Shown: positions 28,761-43,263 of the stretch, piece after piece
Position numbering within the stretch: position 1 is the first letter of the stretch
How the letters are laid out: every line of letters starts with the position of its first letter
Assembly: GCA_964016885.1 (NCBI GenBank)
Contig: OZ024740.1
Location: 92,628,001-92,692,000 of the forward strand
Reading direction: 5' to 3'
Length of the DNA: 64,000 nt
From: Eledone cirrhosa
Taxonomy: Eukaryota
Made by a program: the position numbers and the translations under genes
The notes under the pieces: generated by a model
What the model was told of the DNA's origin: nothing
What the model saw: only the letters and a program-made list of their open reading frames with translations
Databases searched by the model: none

Positions 28761-29039
28761 ACCAAATATTGGCTGGGGGTCGCCATTCAAATCTTATCAA
28801 ATAAAAAATTGTAATGGTATCACGATGCTCAATTGCCACAGAAACTGAATGTTCTAATTAACATTTTTTTTTATTATGTAGGGAATTATTTTATTAAAAA
28901 AAATATTATCGTCGTGGCCGGTATTATGGGGGTAAAAATAATATATTTATTATAACAAATATTTTAAAAAGTGGCCGCGGTACGGTTTGAAGTAGTGACC
29001 GGTTTTGTAAAGAAAAAATATATTAATGTTAACACCATT

Positions 29040-29118
29040 TTGCGAGGACTTTTTAAAAGAACCGCTTTAGAGAGGTGGTCGGTTTTATGACGGACCGGTT
29101 TAGAGAGATCTTACTGTA
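29040..29118. mobile_element. Single pogo/Tigger-like terminal inverted repeat
   Basis: Reverse complement TA|CAGTAAGATCTCTCTAAACCGG..AAACCGACCACCTCTCTAAAGCGG; partner TIR not found. Confidence 0.4.
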
Positions 29119-29520
29119 GAGTATAGTATTTATCAATTGACAGCAAGTCGCTACATACATAGATTTGCATGGGTCCTCTATCCTCGTGGGGCCCCCGGGC
29201 AACTACCCAGCGTGCCCATGCGTTAAGGCGGCCCTGCATGCAACTTACAGATGGTTTGAGAAACATGTGATTTAAAAAAAAATATATTCCCGTTTCTTTC
29301 TCTTCGCTCTCCTATCTATCCTTCGAAATATTCTTTTATTTCTGTTCCATGCTTCTGATAAAAGTCTAGGGTCCGAAATTTGAAGAATGTTATCCTAATG
29401 TTTCAAACGGTAATGTAATATATTACTTTAGTGTAATGTATAGTTTGTTTTGTTACTATCAATTTACGTTTCACAGACAGACATATACACACACACACAC
29501 ATACACACACACACACACAT

Positions 29521-29683
<163 letters not shown>

Positions 29684-30694
29684 TCTGTGTGTGTGTATGT
29701 GTGTGTATGTGTGTGTATGTATGTGTGTGTGTGTGGAAAGAGAGATAAACACCTCTATATCAGCCAATGGAATAGACACGAACAATTCAAATATATGTTG
29801 TACACATATGTACAAATATACTCAAAGGATATTTGTATTCATAGTACGTTTAACAACCAGTCGGTATTATTCCTATCTATACTATTTATATCAATATAAC
29901 AAAATGTGTCAAATACTGATATGACAATAAAAGAAAGAACAGGATTAGAAGAAAAGTATTGAAAACATATCTTGTTAATTAAGAAACTTTCGAAAGTAGA
30001 AATTATGGAGATAGTTGTATTTAATATGTTTAGATTCCTATAAGAAAGAATATGAAACTACATTAACACTTCCACTCATTTTTTTCTGTCGCAATAGACT
30101 CTTGGCTTTTCCCAAAATGTTCCTCTTATCTACAAACAGATTGCCCTTCTTTATCCCTTCCCAACTTTCTCAATACTTAATTTCGCTACTATTCTATGAA
30201 CTCCTTGAAACTAAATAGATTGTGATGATGATGGAGACAACTGAAAAAAAATTATACATATCAGTTATAGTGGCGGCCATAATTGGAAGCAGTATTACAT
30301 ACAGGCGTTTTTGCATTATGATTGCTAACGCATCTCAAGTCAGTTTTACATTTCATAACGTCAGGCTATTATGAATAAGGTTACTTCAATACTATTGTAG
30401 ATAATCCTGTCTTTTTATCTGGAATTAATAGTCGGCTATATTAAGACCTGGTGAAGTATGTGGTCTGCTAGGTCTAGATACTAACTAAAGAGACGCACTA
30501 ATTCAACACGGAACATATGCAACTCTGTTCACATTTGAGGAAATAAATAATAACAGACTCAGGATTTGCCATTGTAATGTATATTTTCTCTTCGGCATGG
30601 CGAACATTTATATATGAGCAAAATGATCGAATAACGCATCCAATTCCTGTTTCTCACTTAGTATTATTTTCCTATTAATGAACTAGCTAAACAG

Positions 30695-30740
<46 letters not shown>
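30695..30740. repeat. (CTA)n microsatellite
   Basis: About 15 perfect TAC units. Confidence 0.95.
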
Positions 30741-30741
<1 letters not shown>

Positions 30742-31902
30742 TTTTTCCAATACGAGAAGAATAAAGTACACATATCCACCAGTCATTAGATACGTACCCC
30801 TAATGCTGCGTTATTCTACTATAATACATTCAACGAAAGTTGGTCAAAGTATCTTAATGTAGCTCTTTGATTCAGCATTACCAACCATATTTTCATGATC
30901 ATACCTTGTTGGCATGTATTTACAATTCATTGGGGTGCTGCTTACACTAGTGACACCACAAACTCATTCTCACATCCGCTATTACAGATTATATGAATCG
31001 CACGGAAGTGACAGTGAGTCTGAAATGCAAAGTTTCCTGAGATCACTTCCTGAGATCAAGTTTCCTGAGCATACTTTTTTTTTTTTTTTCATCGCAATTA
31101 TTCTCTAATTGTACGTTGATTGCCCTTTTGATGTATACATTTCTCTTATATTACACTGCGTTAGATTTATATTAAATAATCACATTACCTACTTCCTCCA
31201 TTTAATCTGACGTGCCACATTGTCCGATTTTATCCAGCGTATTATTGATTATCTAAGTCATTGATCTAATAATCACAACTATCGAACACAAATGTCATCC
31301 AAATGCAATATCGACACCTCATGCCAAAGCTGCGCTGATAGTATTAACAGTTGAGTTGAAGGAGCAGTACAAATGGACCATGCCTCAATTCTCAATTCTT
31401 ATTTCTTAACCTCAAGCTCGGAATCGAATATGTGTAGGAATAACATATTATTTTATCCGTTGAAATCCAAGCTGCATCTTCTAAATCAGTCCTATACGGA
31501 TAGCACGTGAGAAACTTAATGTTGAAAAATCAATAAATTGTTGGTTTAGATTCAATGTGCACTCTAATCAAATAACACCTGTAGTCAGACTGCCAGGTAG
31601 TCATCAAACACATAAGGCTGTAAATCATGTAAGATTCAGTATAGTGTCTATTTAGTATATATGTGTATTTGTAATATATATTTCACATGCTTTCTACCTA
31701 CAACACCTGTGGGTGACATTAACGTTTTATGATATACCACACCATAATTATCCATGTAAATTTACATATCATTAGCAAATATATTAAACTATATACAACA
31801 CGACAAAATAAAAAAAAAGAAAGAAACAGCAATTTCACCATTCATTCTTTATTTCTTAATTGGTTTAACATTTTGCTAAATATACTGGCGCACTTTTCTA
31901 AA

Positions 31903-32095
31903 ATAATTGTTTCTACTTTTGGCACAAGGTCAGCAATTATCCCATACATTACTGGTACTTTATTTTATCGACCCCGTAAGGATGAAAGGCAAAGTTAACC
32001 ACGGCAGGATTTGAACTCAGAATGGCAAGGGCCGTAACTCTATGCCGTAAAGCATGACGTCCGACCCTTTACCGATATTGCCAATCCACCGCCCT
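31903..32095 (-). mobile_element. Full-length tRNA-derived SINE with 14-bp TSD
   Basis: 5' end GGCGGTGGATTGGCAATATCGG, B box GAGTTCAAATCC; TSD TTTTCTAAAATAAT at 31894-31907 and 32099-32112. Confidence 0.9.
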
Positions 32096-32487
32096 CAATT
32101 TTCTAAAATAATGAAAGCCAAAATGATGATGAATACATTGCATCTTATGTACATTATTTGATCAGCAACCGGACTGACTTTGTTGCAGATGTTTTAAAGA
32201 ATATATTATGGTAGTTATTTGATGTGAATCATGTGAAAAATATGAAACTGAGGATATCAGTTTCAGTCAGATTGTATACAAGACAATACAATAAACAAAG
32301 GCAGTGGAGGGTTAAAATAATACGGAGTAAATCAAATAAACAAATAACGATAAACAAAGCAATTAGGACAATGAAAATTCCCTTATAGGGGGAGAACCAC
32401 GCCTTTTAAAATCAGCCAGCCTACAGGCGCACGGTCAGAGTAGGCCCCTTCAAATGGACCATCCTCGGAATATTCACCCACTTTATA

Positions 32488-34190
32488 TCAAACATAATAG
32501 GGTGCAGCACTTCTTTCTTCAATATCAAATTTCTTTTCCATTGATGCTGCCTCCAAATATCGATAGCCAGCAATTTCGAAAGCTTTTGATTGATCTAAAT
32601 TAATCAGAGCCCAACAGAAGACAGGTTTACACTTTACACTCAATATGATGTATCGCACGAGGTGGTATTTCTCGTATATGGACCTGGTCTGGTTTGCACA
32701 AGTTTGCGCAACCCCTACCAAATCCTCGACGACATTCACCGACCTCTTCTCTGACACTTTGTCCAAAATCATAATCTGTGTGTTTAGCAGAGTTATAGGC
32801 CTGGACTCATCTAACATATCAATTTTGTTTTCCACTTTCCTTAACAGAATCAATACGCCACGGTTCAATAAACTGGGAACTCTCCCATTCTTTAGTTAGT
32901 TGCAGGAGAGCGCTTCGAGGAGATCGGAAAGCAAGCCTAGCAGATCCAAGTAAAGCCCCTGAATTGCGCTACGTAAAGGCGACTATGGCACCCCGAATAT
33001 CAGGTGAAGTCACCGGTAGGTACTGAAATCCGCCACCATCTCCAACTCCCAATCCCCACGAACATTTGGGCAATGTCGGTCCATCTAAGACTGAATTATG
33101 GTTTAATACCACGCTGTCATCTTCCACGCTGGCCCACCGAATAGCTTTGGTTCCCTAGTTTCTTACAGCACGGGCCTTCATCTAACAATGCAACTTTCGT
33201 TTTATTGCATTGAAGAAATAATATAATACCATTCTCGCTACTAGCAAGCCAGTTGCACTGCCATTACAAATAGCCTCACTTTCCTTTCTATTGTTCATAA
33301 TGCTACTTCTTTGATATTACTCTAATCTCTTATTTGATGGCTTCCCAACCCAGCACATGTTTATGATGACACCCACTGTCAACATTTGCATAACTAAATT
33401 GTTGATCACTTCGCGGTAAGCCATACGGACCGGAAACGGGATGTTCGGCTTCAAGTAATCCTGTCATAGCCTCCGTGTTTTATATCTGTCTACCGTGCAG
33501 ATCACAAACTTGTGATCTGAATAAGCGACCGTTTTAAAGTGTGGACACATTTTACTATCTTTGTATATTGGTCTAAATAAATCTATCTATGTACGATCTA
33601 TATTACACTATGCGATTGGTCCAGCTCTACACTGACGCATTAAGGATAGTTTGTAGGTACCTGTCAGATAGTTGGAACTGGCTGATCAGTTACCTGACTC
33701 TTTTCAGGACCGGCTCCTCTATGCTACGCCCACACAACCCTAGATTGCGTCTAAAATGCCGTTCCAGACGCCCACTAACAGTAAAGGGGAGGAAAATTCG
33801 ACAAAGTCTTCCAGGCGCCTAAATTATTCCGGACGTCCAGACGCGGTCGAGGCGTAGACGAATCACCTGTCGAAAGGCTACAAGGTCACTGTTGCTCCCG
33901 TCCAGGACCACCTACTTACAGTCCGGATCCCGAAAGATCGACCTTAGTTCGAGATCTAGGCCTCTGTTAAACGCCACTGCCAACCCTCCTCTTATACCAA
34001 TCGGCTAAGTCATGCAAATATGTGCTAGCCGTAAAAAATGAGAGCTAGTTCGCTCCTGCGGGATATCCCGGTCATGCTTACGGCAATCACAACCATATCT
34101 AGTGATCTGAAGTTGTTTTGCAGGAGACCCTAGTTTCAAAACGACCCAAGTCCACAATCACTTTAACATCATACTCGTAGGATGACCATG
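32488..34190 (-). pseudogene. Older, degraded L1/Tx1 ORF2 (APE to RT motif A)
   Basis: RPITLLNT..VGVAQTC..ALINLDQSKAF; N-terminal MVILRV..SLDMVVIAV aligns by eye with the start of the 19784 ORF2. Confidence 0.82.
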
Positions 34191-34689
34191 CAAAAAGAGA
34201 GGATATGTTTACTTACGTCTCTATTAGACGTCCATTAGACCTCCATAGTTGGTGGTGCCTCCTTTATGAACCCCTTTAAAAGTCCCGAGGAAAGCACTTT
34301 CTAATCTCCGTGTATGCACCAAGCGACTTTCGTACAAACATTAAGTCTTCAGGTATTCAAAATATATTGGTGTTGAACATTTCCCCCTCAATTTCTATGC
34401 CATGACCACGTGCTATTAGGGCCATCATACCATTGTTGGCACTTCTTATTATCACAAAACTGTGTGTTTTGACTGACAACAGCACCAGCTCAACCAGCAT
34501 TGTCTCGCACGTTTTCGTTCGAACTCTCAACCCCCCAGTGGTGCCTGGCTCAATGATTTTCCCTCGATATCCCCCGGCACGCACGTGGATATGATAAGCT
34601 GCTTATCGGGGTTTCCCTCAGCCTCAACCTCTGGATCTTCGATCCACATAAATATCGCTGCTGAACCATTGTTGAATTTCAGGCTCAAC

Positions 34690-35170
34690 CGACTGTCCTG
34701 TCGCAACAGTGTTAACTGCCTACCACACCATCCTGCACTCAACGAGGTCATAAAGAATGACTTGGATGCTGCGGTTTTCCTTTCTTATCTCGAACCTTCG
34801 GAGCTGGACCGAGGGGGCGGGAAAAGGTCAGACGGCGTGACAATATTCCGCTTTCACGCTGGTAAACCCGTCAACTGGGATGCCACATGCAGCGACGCGT
34901 TCTCAAGCGGAAATCTGATGTAGTCTGCAACTAACACAGTTTCTGAGGCACTTCGGTCTGGGGAAGTTAAACTCTCCATATATGGGTCGTTCCGCAACAG
35001 GTTTGCAGTGAGCCCGTTGCATTGGAGATTTCTGGTGTCCTTGACTGTAGGGCCACGTCCTCACTAACCACCATCGGCACAGTGATGGCTACATACAGTA
35101 ATCTGCCTTGCGAGCTGGAAAGGCTCTTCCAGCGCATTTCTCTGGGAAACCCTTTCTCTATCCTGTCCGA
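34690..35170 (+). pseudogene. CRE-clade non-LTR retrotransposon restriction-like endonuclease (RLE) relic
   Basis: LSC..H.ALNEVIK..LEP..LDRGGGKRSDGVT..GKPVNWDATCSD..E.SG..FQRISL matches the RH..RPD..D..K.Y RLE layout of CRE-like elements. Confidence 0.7.
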
Positions 35171-35340
35171 CGGCGGTGCATGGTGGTCAGCGCGTGTGAC
35201 ACCATTTACTAATTACAATGAGAAATGAGGTGGTGGAGGCAGTGACGATGGGAGTTTGGTTCCTCTGTGTTCGGACCTGGTGTAGATGTGTGTGTGAGAA
35301 ATGATTGAAGTTGTGGAAATTCAAAATCGGAAATCATTTC

Positions 35341-35471
35341 GCCCTTGCCATTCTGAGTTCAAATCCCGCCGAGTTTAACTTTGCCTTTCAACCTTACGGG
35401 GTCGATAAAATAAAATACCAGTAATGTACTGGTTAATTGCTGGCCTTGTGCCAATAGTAGAAACAATTATT
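35341..35471 (+). mobile_element. 5'-truncated SINE copy
   Basis: Same B-box, core and tail as the other copies. Confidence 0.85.
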
Positions 35472-36322
35472 AAAATGACTGGCATGTTCAAAATTATTCC
35501 TGATATGTTTGACTCTGTAAGCCGTTCATTCAGATGCCTCAGATTTATGAAGATATATTGAAGGAGAAAAATGGATCAAAATTACCTAAACAACTCAAAA
35601 GAGTGACACTGGGAATATTGTCTCACTGGGAAACGTTTGACTAAAAATTTGTATTTTTGCAACACAGAAAGAAAGAAAAAAAGTATGACCATGTCCATCG
35701 ATTTATGTTACATGTTATACCACAATTGATATAAACTGTTTTCACTAGGATTTAGTATTTGCATTTTATCTGCGAAAATGTTCGTGATTAATTCCTGCCT
35801 TCCAACACCATCACAATTCTAGAACACAATGCGACCATGTCTCTAAACACTGAGGCGTTCCCTTTGCGCTAGAGTATGTACATATGTTGTTGGGGATTTC
35901 GTTTATACATCGGGATTTATATGCTATAATTGTTCTTCTTTTGTATATATTTTCATTAAAATATTTAAAAACCAACACCTCTAAATATTCTCATAAAGTT
36001 CATAATTAATAATGTTATATGTGTATGTTTGTGTGTTTCAAAGGTGTGCGTGTGTTGATGGTGTATGTGTCTATATGATTATTTCTTTGTTTTATATATG
36101 ACCCTGAGTTTATATATACATGCGTGTGCGTAAATCATGTCTATGCGAGAGTGTGTTTTTCATTTAACATAACATGGCATCATAACAAAAATACATAATA
36201 TGCATATACGTGACTATGCGCATATATACACAGTTATAAATTATACATTGATCATATCAACAAACTTTCCCTCTTTATGTTAGTATATATACTGACACAA
36301 ACATACATATATACATATATAT

Positions 36323-36453
<131 letters not shown>

Positions 36454-36459
36454 TATATA

Positions 36460-36715
36460 TATTGTTATACTTTTGGAGGGTCATGTTGCCAATAAGAAAC
36501 ACACGCACCAATTGCTTTCACTTCAATTTATTATAATAAATTTATAAATTTAGGAATTTATAAATTTCCGGTTGGTTGGTTGGTTCCACAACCAGATGGT
36601 TGTTTATATATTGTCAAAGTTCTTTCGTCACACATTCTGTGACCTCATATGTGACTGGGGATTCTTTTCTTTGTTTTTGTGCCTCTCCTTTGGTCTGTCC
36701 TACGCCATCCTGTTT
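36460..36715 (-). mobile_element. Solo PLE pseudo-LTR fragment (family of 61725-62760) with mutated hammerhead core
   Basis: Collinear with 61725-61990; the hammerhead core reads CATATGA instead of CTGAAGA. Confidence 0.8.
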
Positions 36716-37370
36716 CAACACACGTTTTCAGATATAGAATCTTGCTAAACAAATTCAGAAACGAAATATATATATATATATATATATATATACACGTACA
36801 TGCCTGAGTGTGTGTATTAAATTATACACATATATATATAGACTCCTCATTGTATCACGTTCATATTTTTACAATATAGTAATAATTAACCTCATATAGA
36901 GAACCGAATTAATATATAGTAAAACAAAATATATAAAAATATTTTTAAAGAAACTTCACTAGCAACTAGCTGTGCGCAAATATAGTGCATTATTCATATT
37001 CTGTCAACGCCCACTTACAGAAAAAAATAGAAAAATCTTACCTGGAGAAGCATTGAAAAGATATTAGGTGTTAACGGTAGGTGTGGCGTGTACAATTCAT
37101 TCAATCTCGAATGTCGACATTATATCAATATTCTCGTGCTACAATCAATGTATCTAAATGCTGAAACTTTCTCTTGAAATCCGAGCCTACATAGATCAAA
37201 GAGGAATTGTTTCAAAAGCGCACTGTTCTACCGCACGTTTGAATAAATACGTAAACTCCACCCCACTTCTAATTAGAACTAATACAACCTCACAGAAAGA
37301 AAAAAAGATAAAGATATAGCGATATATATATATATATATATATAAACGTACATGTGTGTATGTGTGTGTT

Positions 37371-37418
<48 letters not shown>

Positions 37419-37552
37419 AACACACACATACACACACACATACACACATGTATATATATATATATATAAGTGTATATGTATATGTGTGTGTGTGTATATA
37501 TATACATATACGTATAAACATAGAAACAGTTACATTTAGAAATAAATATATG

Positions 37553-37594
<42 letters not shown>

Positions 37595-38214
37595 CATAAA
37601 TACATACAAACAAAACGAGAGTGTAATAGAAAGAAGGCGACAGTGAAAGTGAGTGTGTGGGAAGGAATGGAAATTGAATTTTCAGTGGGAAAATGAAGCG
37701 TGTTTATGAAAGTGAGAATATAAATTTCACTGAAGAAAAAGTTGGATGAAGAGTAAGTGGGAAGCCACAAACAAAAGAGGGAGGATCATAAAATGTGCTT
37801 CAGTATGTAGGTTAATTTTAATATAGAATAAATAGCGCTTCTTCGATTTAGTGATAGTTCACTAGTAACTTCTTTAAATATTTACCGAGATCGTCTGGAG
37901 GTGGGAAATAATAAAGCATTTTTCCTTTTACGGGAATGTTGCTAAACATAAAAGTGATGCGTCATTAGTAAGGTTGTTACCGATTGGCTGTATGCATATA
38001 CGACGTATCGTGTAGCAAAACAACAATGGACACACCCACATTATTCCCAACTGAGTATGTCATGTCTTTCTTTTATATTCATGATAGCGAGAATTCTCAC
38101 ATTCCCTCTCCTACTACATTCCACCAATATAATTCTCGCTCTCTCTCTCTCCCTCCCTCACTCTCTCGCTCTCTATCTATATATATATATATATATATAC
38201 CTCTTTATCTCCCC

Positions 38215-38319
<105 letters not shown>

Positions 38320-38936
38320 TACATATTTATTTATATATAGATAGATAGTTAGATAGATATACATTGATCGATAGACGCACACAAACACCCACACACACTG
38401 ACAAGCTCAAACTCACAGATAGACACAGGCGCGCACACAGACGCACACACACACACACGCACACACACACATGTATATATATATATACATATATAATTCA
38501 TCATTCACGCCTCCGTATTCATTGTCATGTGTACGCGTATGATGTTGTTTTATTGTTTCAGATTTTAGAAGTGTATTGATTGATACGTACACATCGATGT
38601 TCGTGAATATAGGTATGTATGATTTTATAAACACAGCTGTGCACACATGTATGTGTTGGTAACAAATATGGGTAGAGGAACTTTAAAAGAAAATGGGAGA
38701 CTACAATAAAACAAAAAATAAAATCGTTTCCTCTCTAAGTACGGATTTTTTTTTACTTCTACTGTAAAGCAAATGTTCATGCTGTAGAGACGTTTAAATC
38801 GATTATTTTAATAATGTTACCTACTTAGTGACACTGGGCTAAGAAAATATAAAGCTATTGCTTATCAGTAAATAGCTATTCACAAAGCTAATATATATTT
38901 GCGTTTGCCAGATTGCAGGTGTATGTATGTGTGCAT

Positions 38937-39014
<78 letters not shown>

Positions 39015-39270
39015 GGAGAGAGAGAGAGAGACATAGAGAGAGATATAGAGAGAGAGGGGGGAGAGAGAGAGAATGAGAGAGACGGAAAGTGAGCAAAATA
39101 GTTAGAGATGTAATATGGGTGTATGTGTATGTCTGTCTTTATTCTTACACGTAGATAAACATATAGTAATGTTTAGCCGGTCAACTCTAATGTTGCATTT
39201 CATTAGATACATTATATGTGATCTAATTGAGAGAGAGACGAAGAAAACAGTATTATATATATGATGACAG

Positions 39271-39426
39271 GTGTTTCTGCTTTTGGCACAAGGCCAGCAA
39301 TACCCAGTGCATTACTGGTACTTTATTTTATCGACCCCGTAAGGATGAAAGGCAAAGTGAACCTCGGCGGGATTTGAACTCAGAATGGCAAGGGCCGTAA
39401 CTCTATCCATTCTGAGTTCAAAGCCC
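39271..39426 (-). mobile_element. 5'-truncated SINE with short 5' inversion and 14-bp TSD
   Basis: TSD ATATATGATGACAG at 39257-39270 and 39427-39440; CCATTCTGAGTTCAAA (39407-39422) is an inverted copy of 39373-39388. Confidence 0.85.
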
Positions 39427-39949
39427 ATATATGATGACAGTGCCAGGAAAACTTACCTCAAAATATTTCCTCAGAATAAACTAATTGTTTTATCGCACGC
39501 TGACTATATGAGAGACAGAGTAGAACTCCACTGGATATGAAATCAACTTGTATTTATTCTAGTGCTTCAAATATTCTGTAAATTACCCAATGTATTGTTT
39601 TAAAAAAAAACCTCTTTCAATTTCTTGAATTGGAATATTAACCTTTTATTTTATAGCGAAAATATTGAAAGCGTCTTCGAAAATTTAAAGGAACTAATTC
39701 TGTGACACATTTGAGGATAATTCCGCATTTAAAAATAGCAGTCATAATCCTGATGTCTTTAACAACGTATGGCACACCTGCAAAAATAGATGTTATGTAA
39801 ATAAACAAAAAAACAAAACAACAAACATGTATACTCACAATTGTAACTAAAGGAATGAACAGTCTCACCTCTTTCTGTCGTTTTTAATATCGAGATGTGT
39901 GATTATATTTGTGTGTGGGGGGGGGGGGTTGTATATGTAGGTAATATCA

Positions 39950-40350
39950 AGGAAGAATACGATCTCAAATACATGCGGCCAGAATGAGTTTCCTCCGAAT
40001 CGTCTTTGGACTAACGTTACTCGATATAGTACGAAACTCGGAGTTCAGAGTGTCATTGAAGGTAGAGCTCTACTTCTCCGAATCGAGAGGTCATAGCTCC
40101 GATACTATGGACATGAGGTTAGAATGTCCCAGGAAAGAATCGCTGGACAGATTTTACATGCATAACCAACCGACAAGAGTCCCAGGTGTAGAATCCGGGT
40201 AAGATGGTAAGATAACATCCAAGAGCTTGGCTTGTCACGCTTGGGGATCCAGCATACTCAGATGGGGACGGTTGCATCTACCAGAACTTACTGGAAGAAG
40301 TTTTTGAAAACTCTGCCACAGGAACCTCTCGGGAATAACTGAGCGAAGAG
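39950..40350 (+). pseudogene. RTE-clade LINE 3' remnant
   Basis: QIHAARMSFLRIVFGLTLLDIVRNSE..LRIERS.LRYYGHEVRMSQERIAGQIL. Confidence 0.75.
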
Positions 40351-41352
40351 GTGCACACACATTACCCATATTTTAATACAAACGAATAACATTCCTCCAC
40401 TTCTTTATCCTCGTTCTCTGTCTCTTATGTTGAGGCAGTCAATAGTACGAACTATCTCCTCTTCTATCATGTGAATTTACGTTCTTTCGTCTGGGTGCTG
40501 ACGCATCGTTCACCAGTACGTTTTATAGTAACACACCTTATCTCTGTACCGACTCACGTAAACTGAAATTTGTTTTTGTCTCCTTGCGTGTAACTGTTCA
40601 TTTTCATCAAACAGTGTTCGACAAATATTCTAGCGTGTAATCATTTTTTTTTTCTCCTCAACATGTATATTTACACACGTTTTCCTTGTTTTCATCTTTA
40701 ACATTATATTAGGAATGTCTTTAAATTTCTTGTCTCATAGTGTGGCACCGAATATAACCTCCAAATAATGGATAATGTCCTTTCTTCTATAAATGACCCC
40801 GTCGATCATCTCCCACATTTGGTATTGAAGACCTTACAGAGGGTTTCACAGTAAAATTATGAGTGAGTAGATATATCTATATGTCATTGTTGATTATCGG
40901 GTTCGATCTCAATACATCTACCACAGTCACCGATTCATACTCCAGCAGCAACACGGTAAAGTCAGTGGTCACCCGAGTTTCGTTTCCCGACAGTTGGTAG
41001 ATCACAAGTCGTTCCAGTACCGTCAGATTTACAACAGGTTTAACATTGAACAAATAGCAGTGAAACCTTCTGATGTTTTGAGTTGCCGAATCACCTAACA
41101 TATACGTCTGACTGCGTCACTAGTGAAATCTACAGCTTTGTTGTACACACTTTCACATTTAATGTATTTACTGTGGTAGTATATGTTTCCCTATCGCGTT
41201 TCCTGCATACTTAGTGCACATAAATAAATAGTTCCAAATGTAAAGACTTTCAATATTTAAACCATAATAATATCTAGTTATTGGCTGATGAAAAAGGATG
41301 TGTCCCTCTTTCTTCTCACATGTACACGCATCACGATATATATATATACATA

Positions 41353-41710
41353 CTAGCTGACGTACCCAGCTTCGCCCAGGTAAACAGAAGATAAGAGAAG
41401 ACAGGTAAAAGAGAAAATGATTGTATTGGATGTTTGTCTGGTTACAGTCTGAGGCGAGATCATGGTATATGTGTGATACAAAAACAGTAAAAAACATCTT
41501 CCAGATATACCAGATTCTTCGTTATACCGTTTGTGCATAGTATATGAACAATTCTACATGCTCACACCTAGAATAGTAACCTCTAGGAGATGGTGCATAT
41601 TCTGCCTAGCTGTAAAACGTATATCATTGCATAGACGTGGTTATTTCACGTTTCTCAAAAGGATGATGGAAGTTCCAATTGTTTATATTATATGTAGATA
41701 TAGATATAGA
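41353..41710 (-). mobile_element. Non-autonomous Helitron
   Basis: Minus strand starts TCTATATCT..; ends with a CpG-decayed hairpin ACCTGG-GCGAAG-CTGGGT, then ACGTCAG-CTAG|T. Confidence 0.6.
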
Positions 41711-42184
41711 TAATTAATATAAAAGATGTGCGTCAATGTAAAAAAAGGGTCCCTATTTACTCCCTTCCCAACTCTGTGTATATTAGACTGACAGACAGGC
41801 ACACAGACATATAAAATGCGTTGCGATTGTGGAACGCAGCGTATCCACACATACACGCATGGAAACGTGCACACGCACGCACACTTACACACGCACCCGT
41901 GCACTTACACACACGCACACACACACATGCTGATAGTTTTTACTTTCTGTGGAACGCTGCACGCACGCACACGCACATAAACATACGCGCACGTACATAC
42001 ACATGCACACATGTTAATAGTTATTGCATTCTTTCCCCTCTTATTTCCACACACATGTCTCATTGGCATTATGCATATTAATTTAAGTCTGGCGTCGTTG
42101 AGGTGGGCGGAGTCGTTTGAAACCTATGAACCAATGCTAATCGAGAATTATGACACTCGGAGTACTTACATTGTTGAAATTAAT

Positions 42185-42287
<103 letters not shown>

Positions 42288-42963
42288 GTCTGTCTGTTTC
42301 TGCGTGTGTTTGAGGGTGTTTGCGTGTCTCTGAATGTGTGGGTGTGTGTGAATGTCTGTGCGACCAAGTGTGTATAAGTATGTGTAGAGATGTGTTTGTG
42401 TGCTTCTTAAACTAAATCTACTCCAAATTGAGTTGGGATAGACGATTTTCTATAAACATGGTATAAGGTGAAAGCAGCGAGCATTAAGAGGAAATAGAGC
42501 CACGAAAAGTGAAGAAAAAGATACATGGCTAGGCATCTTTAAAGAAAATTATAGATTGACAATTGCGAGAGCGGTGAGGTAAGACAGTTACAAAAAGCTG
42601 AAAAATATGTTTGTGCAGGCGTTCAGTACACTAGCCATTTCGCTTTAATCCAGTTAGCAGAGAAAATAAAGATATGTTTCAATGTTTCAGTAATCATAAT
42701 GAAAATGTCGATCAAGTATAAGTATAAAATGAAGCATAAAGAGTATACACAACTGCAGATTATATGATTAATTACAATAAAATGTTTACATAATCACACA
42801 CATATATGTGCGCAAACACACATACACATGCATACTCTCACATACACATATATAAGTATAGGTATACATAGGTATGTACATATATCTGTGCGTGTACGCG
42901 GGTATATTATATTTATACACTCACACATACATGTACACACACACACACACACACACACACACG

Positions 42964-43033
<70 letters not shown>

Positions 43034-43043
43034 CATATATATA

Positions 43044-43180
43044 TAACGAAGGAGGTGTGGTAAGGAACCCGATGGACCATAACGCACCAGATTACTGAAG
43101 ATGTAGGGTAGTAAAGTGGGTAACAGGGAAATGTTTAACCCCCACGGCAGAGCTCAAGCCGTTTCGACGGCTATTTCTGG
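43044..43180 (+). repeat. Unclassified interspersed repeat adjoining (TA)n (copies at 46756-46962 plus strand, 48570-48665 minus strand)
   Basis: Shared start TAACGAAGGA..TGTGGTA.GGAACC.GATGGACCATAACGCACCA..GGTAGTA.AGTGGGTAA. Confidence 0.75.
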
Positions 43181-43194
43181 TTAAACATTTTCCC

Positions 43195-43259
<65 letters not shown>

Positions 43260-43263
<4 letters not shown>

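Larger units (their letters stand above)
27932..29236. mobile_element. Non-autonomous hAT-type DNA transposon with 8-bp TSD
   Basis: Imperfect TIRs CAGGTCGGTCTTAAC / GTTAAGGCGGCCCTG, GC-rich subterminal CCCCCGGGC motifs, TSD CATGCAAC at 27924-27931 and 29237-29244. Confidence 0.8.

Noticed and set aside
29352-29390. CTGATAA..GAAA hammerhead-like string
   Set aside because: Core mismatch and stem II does not pair convincingly.
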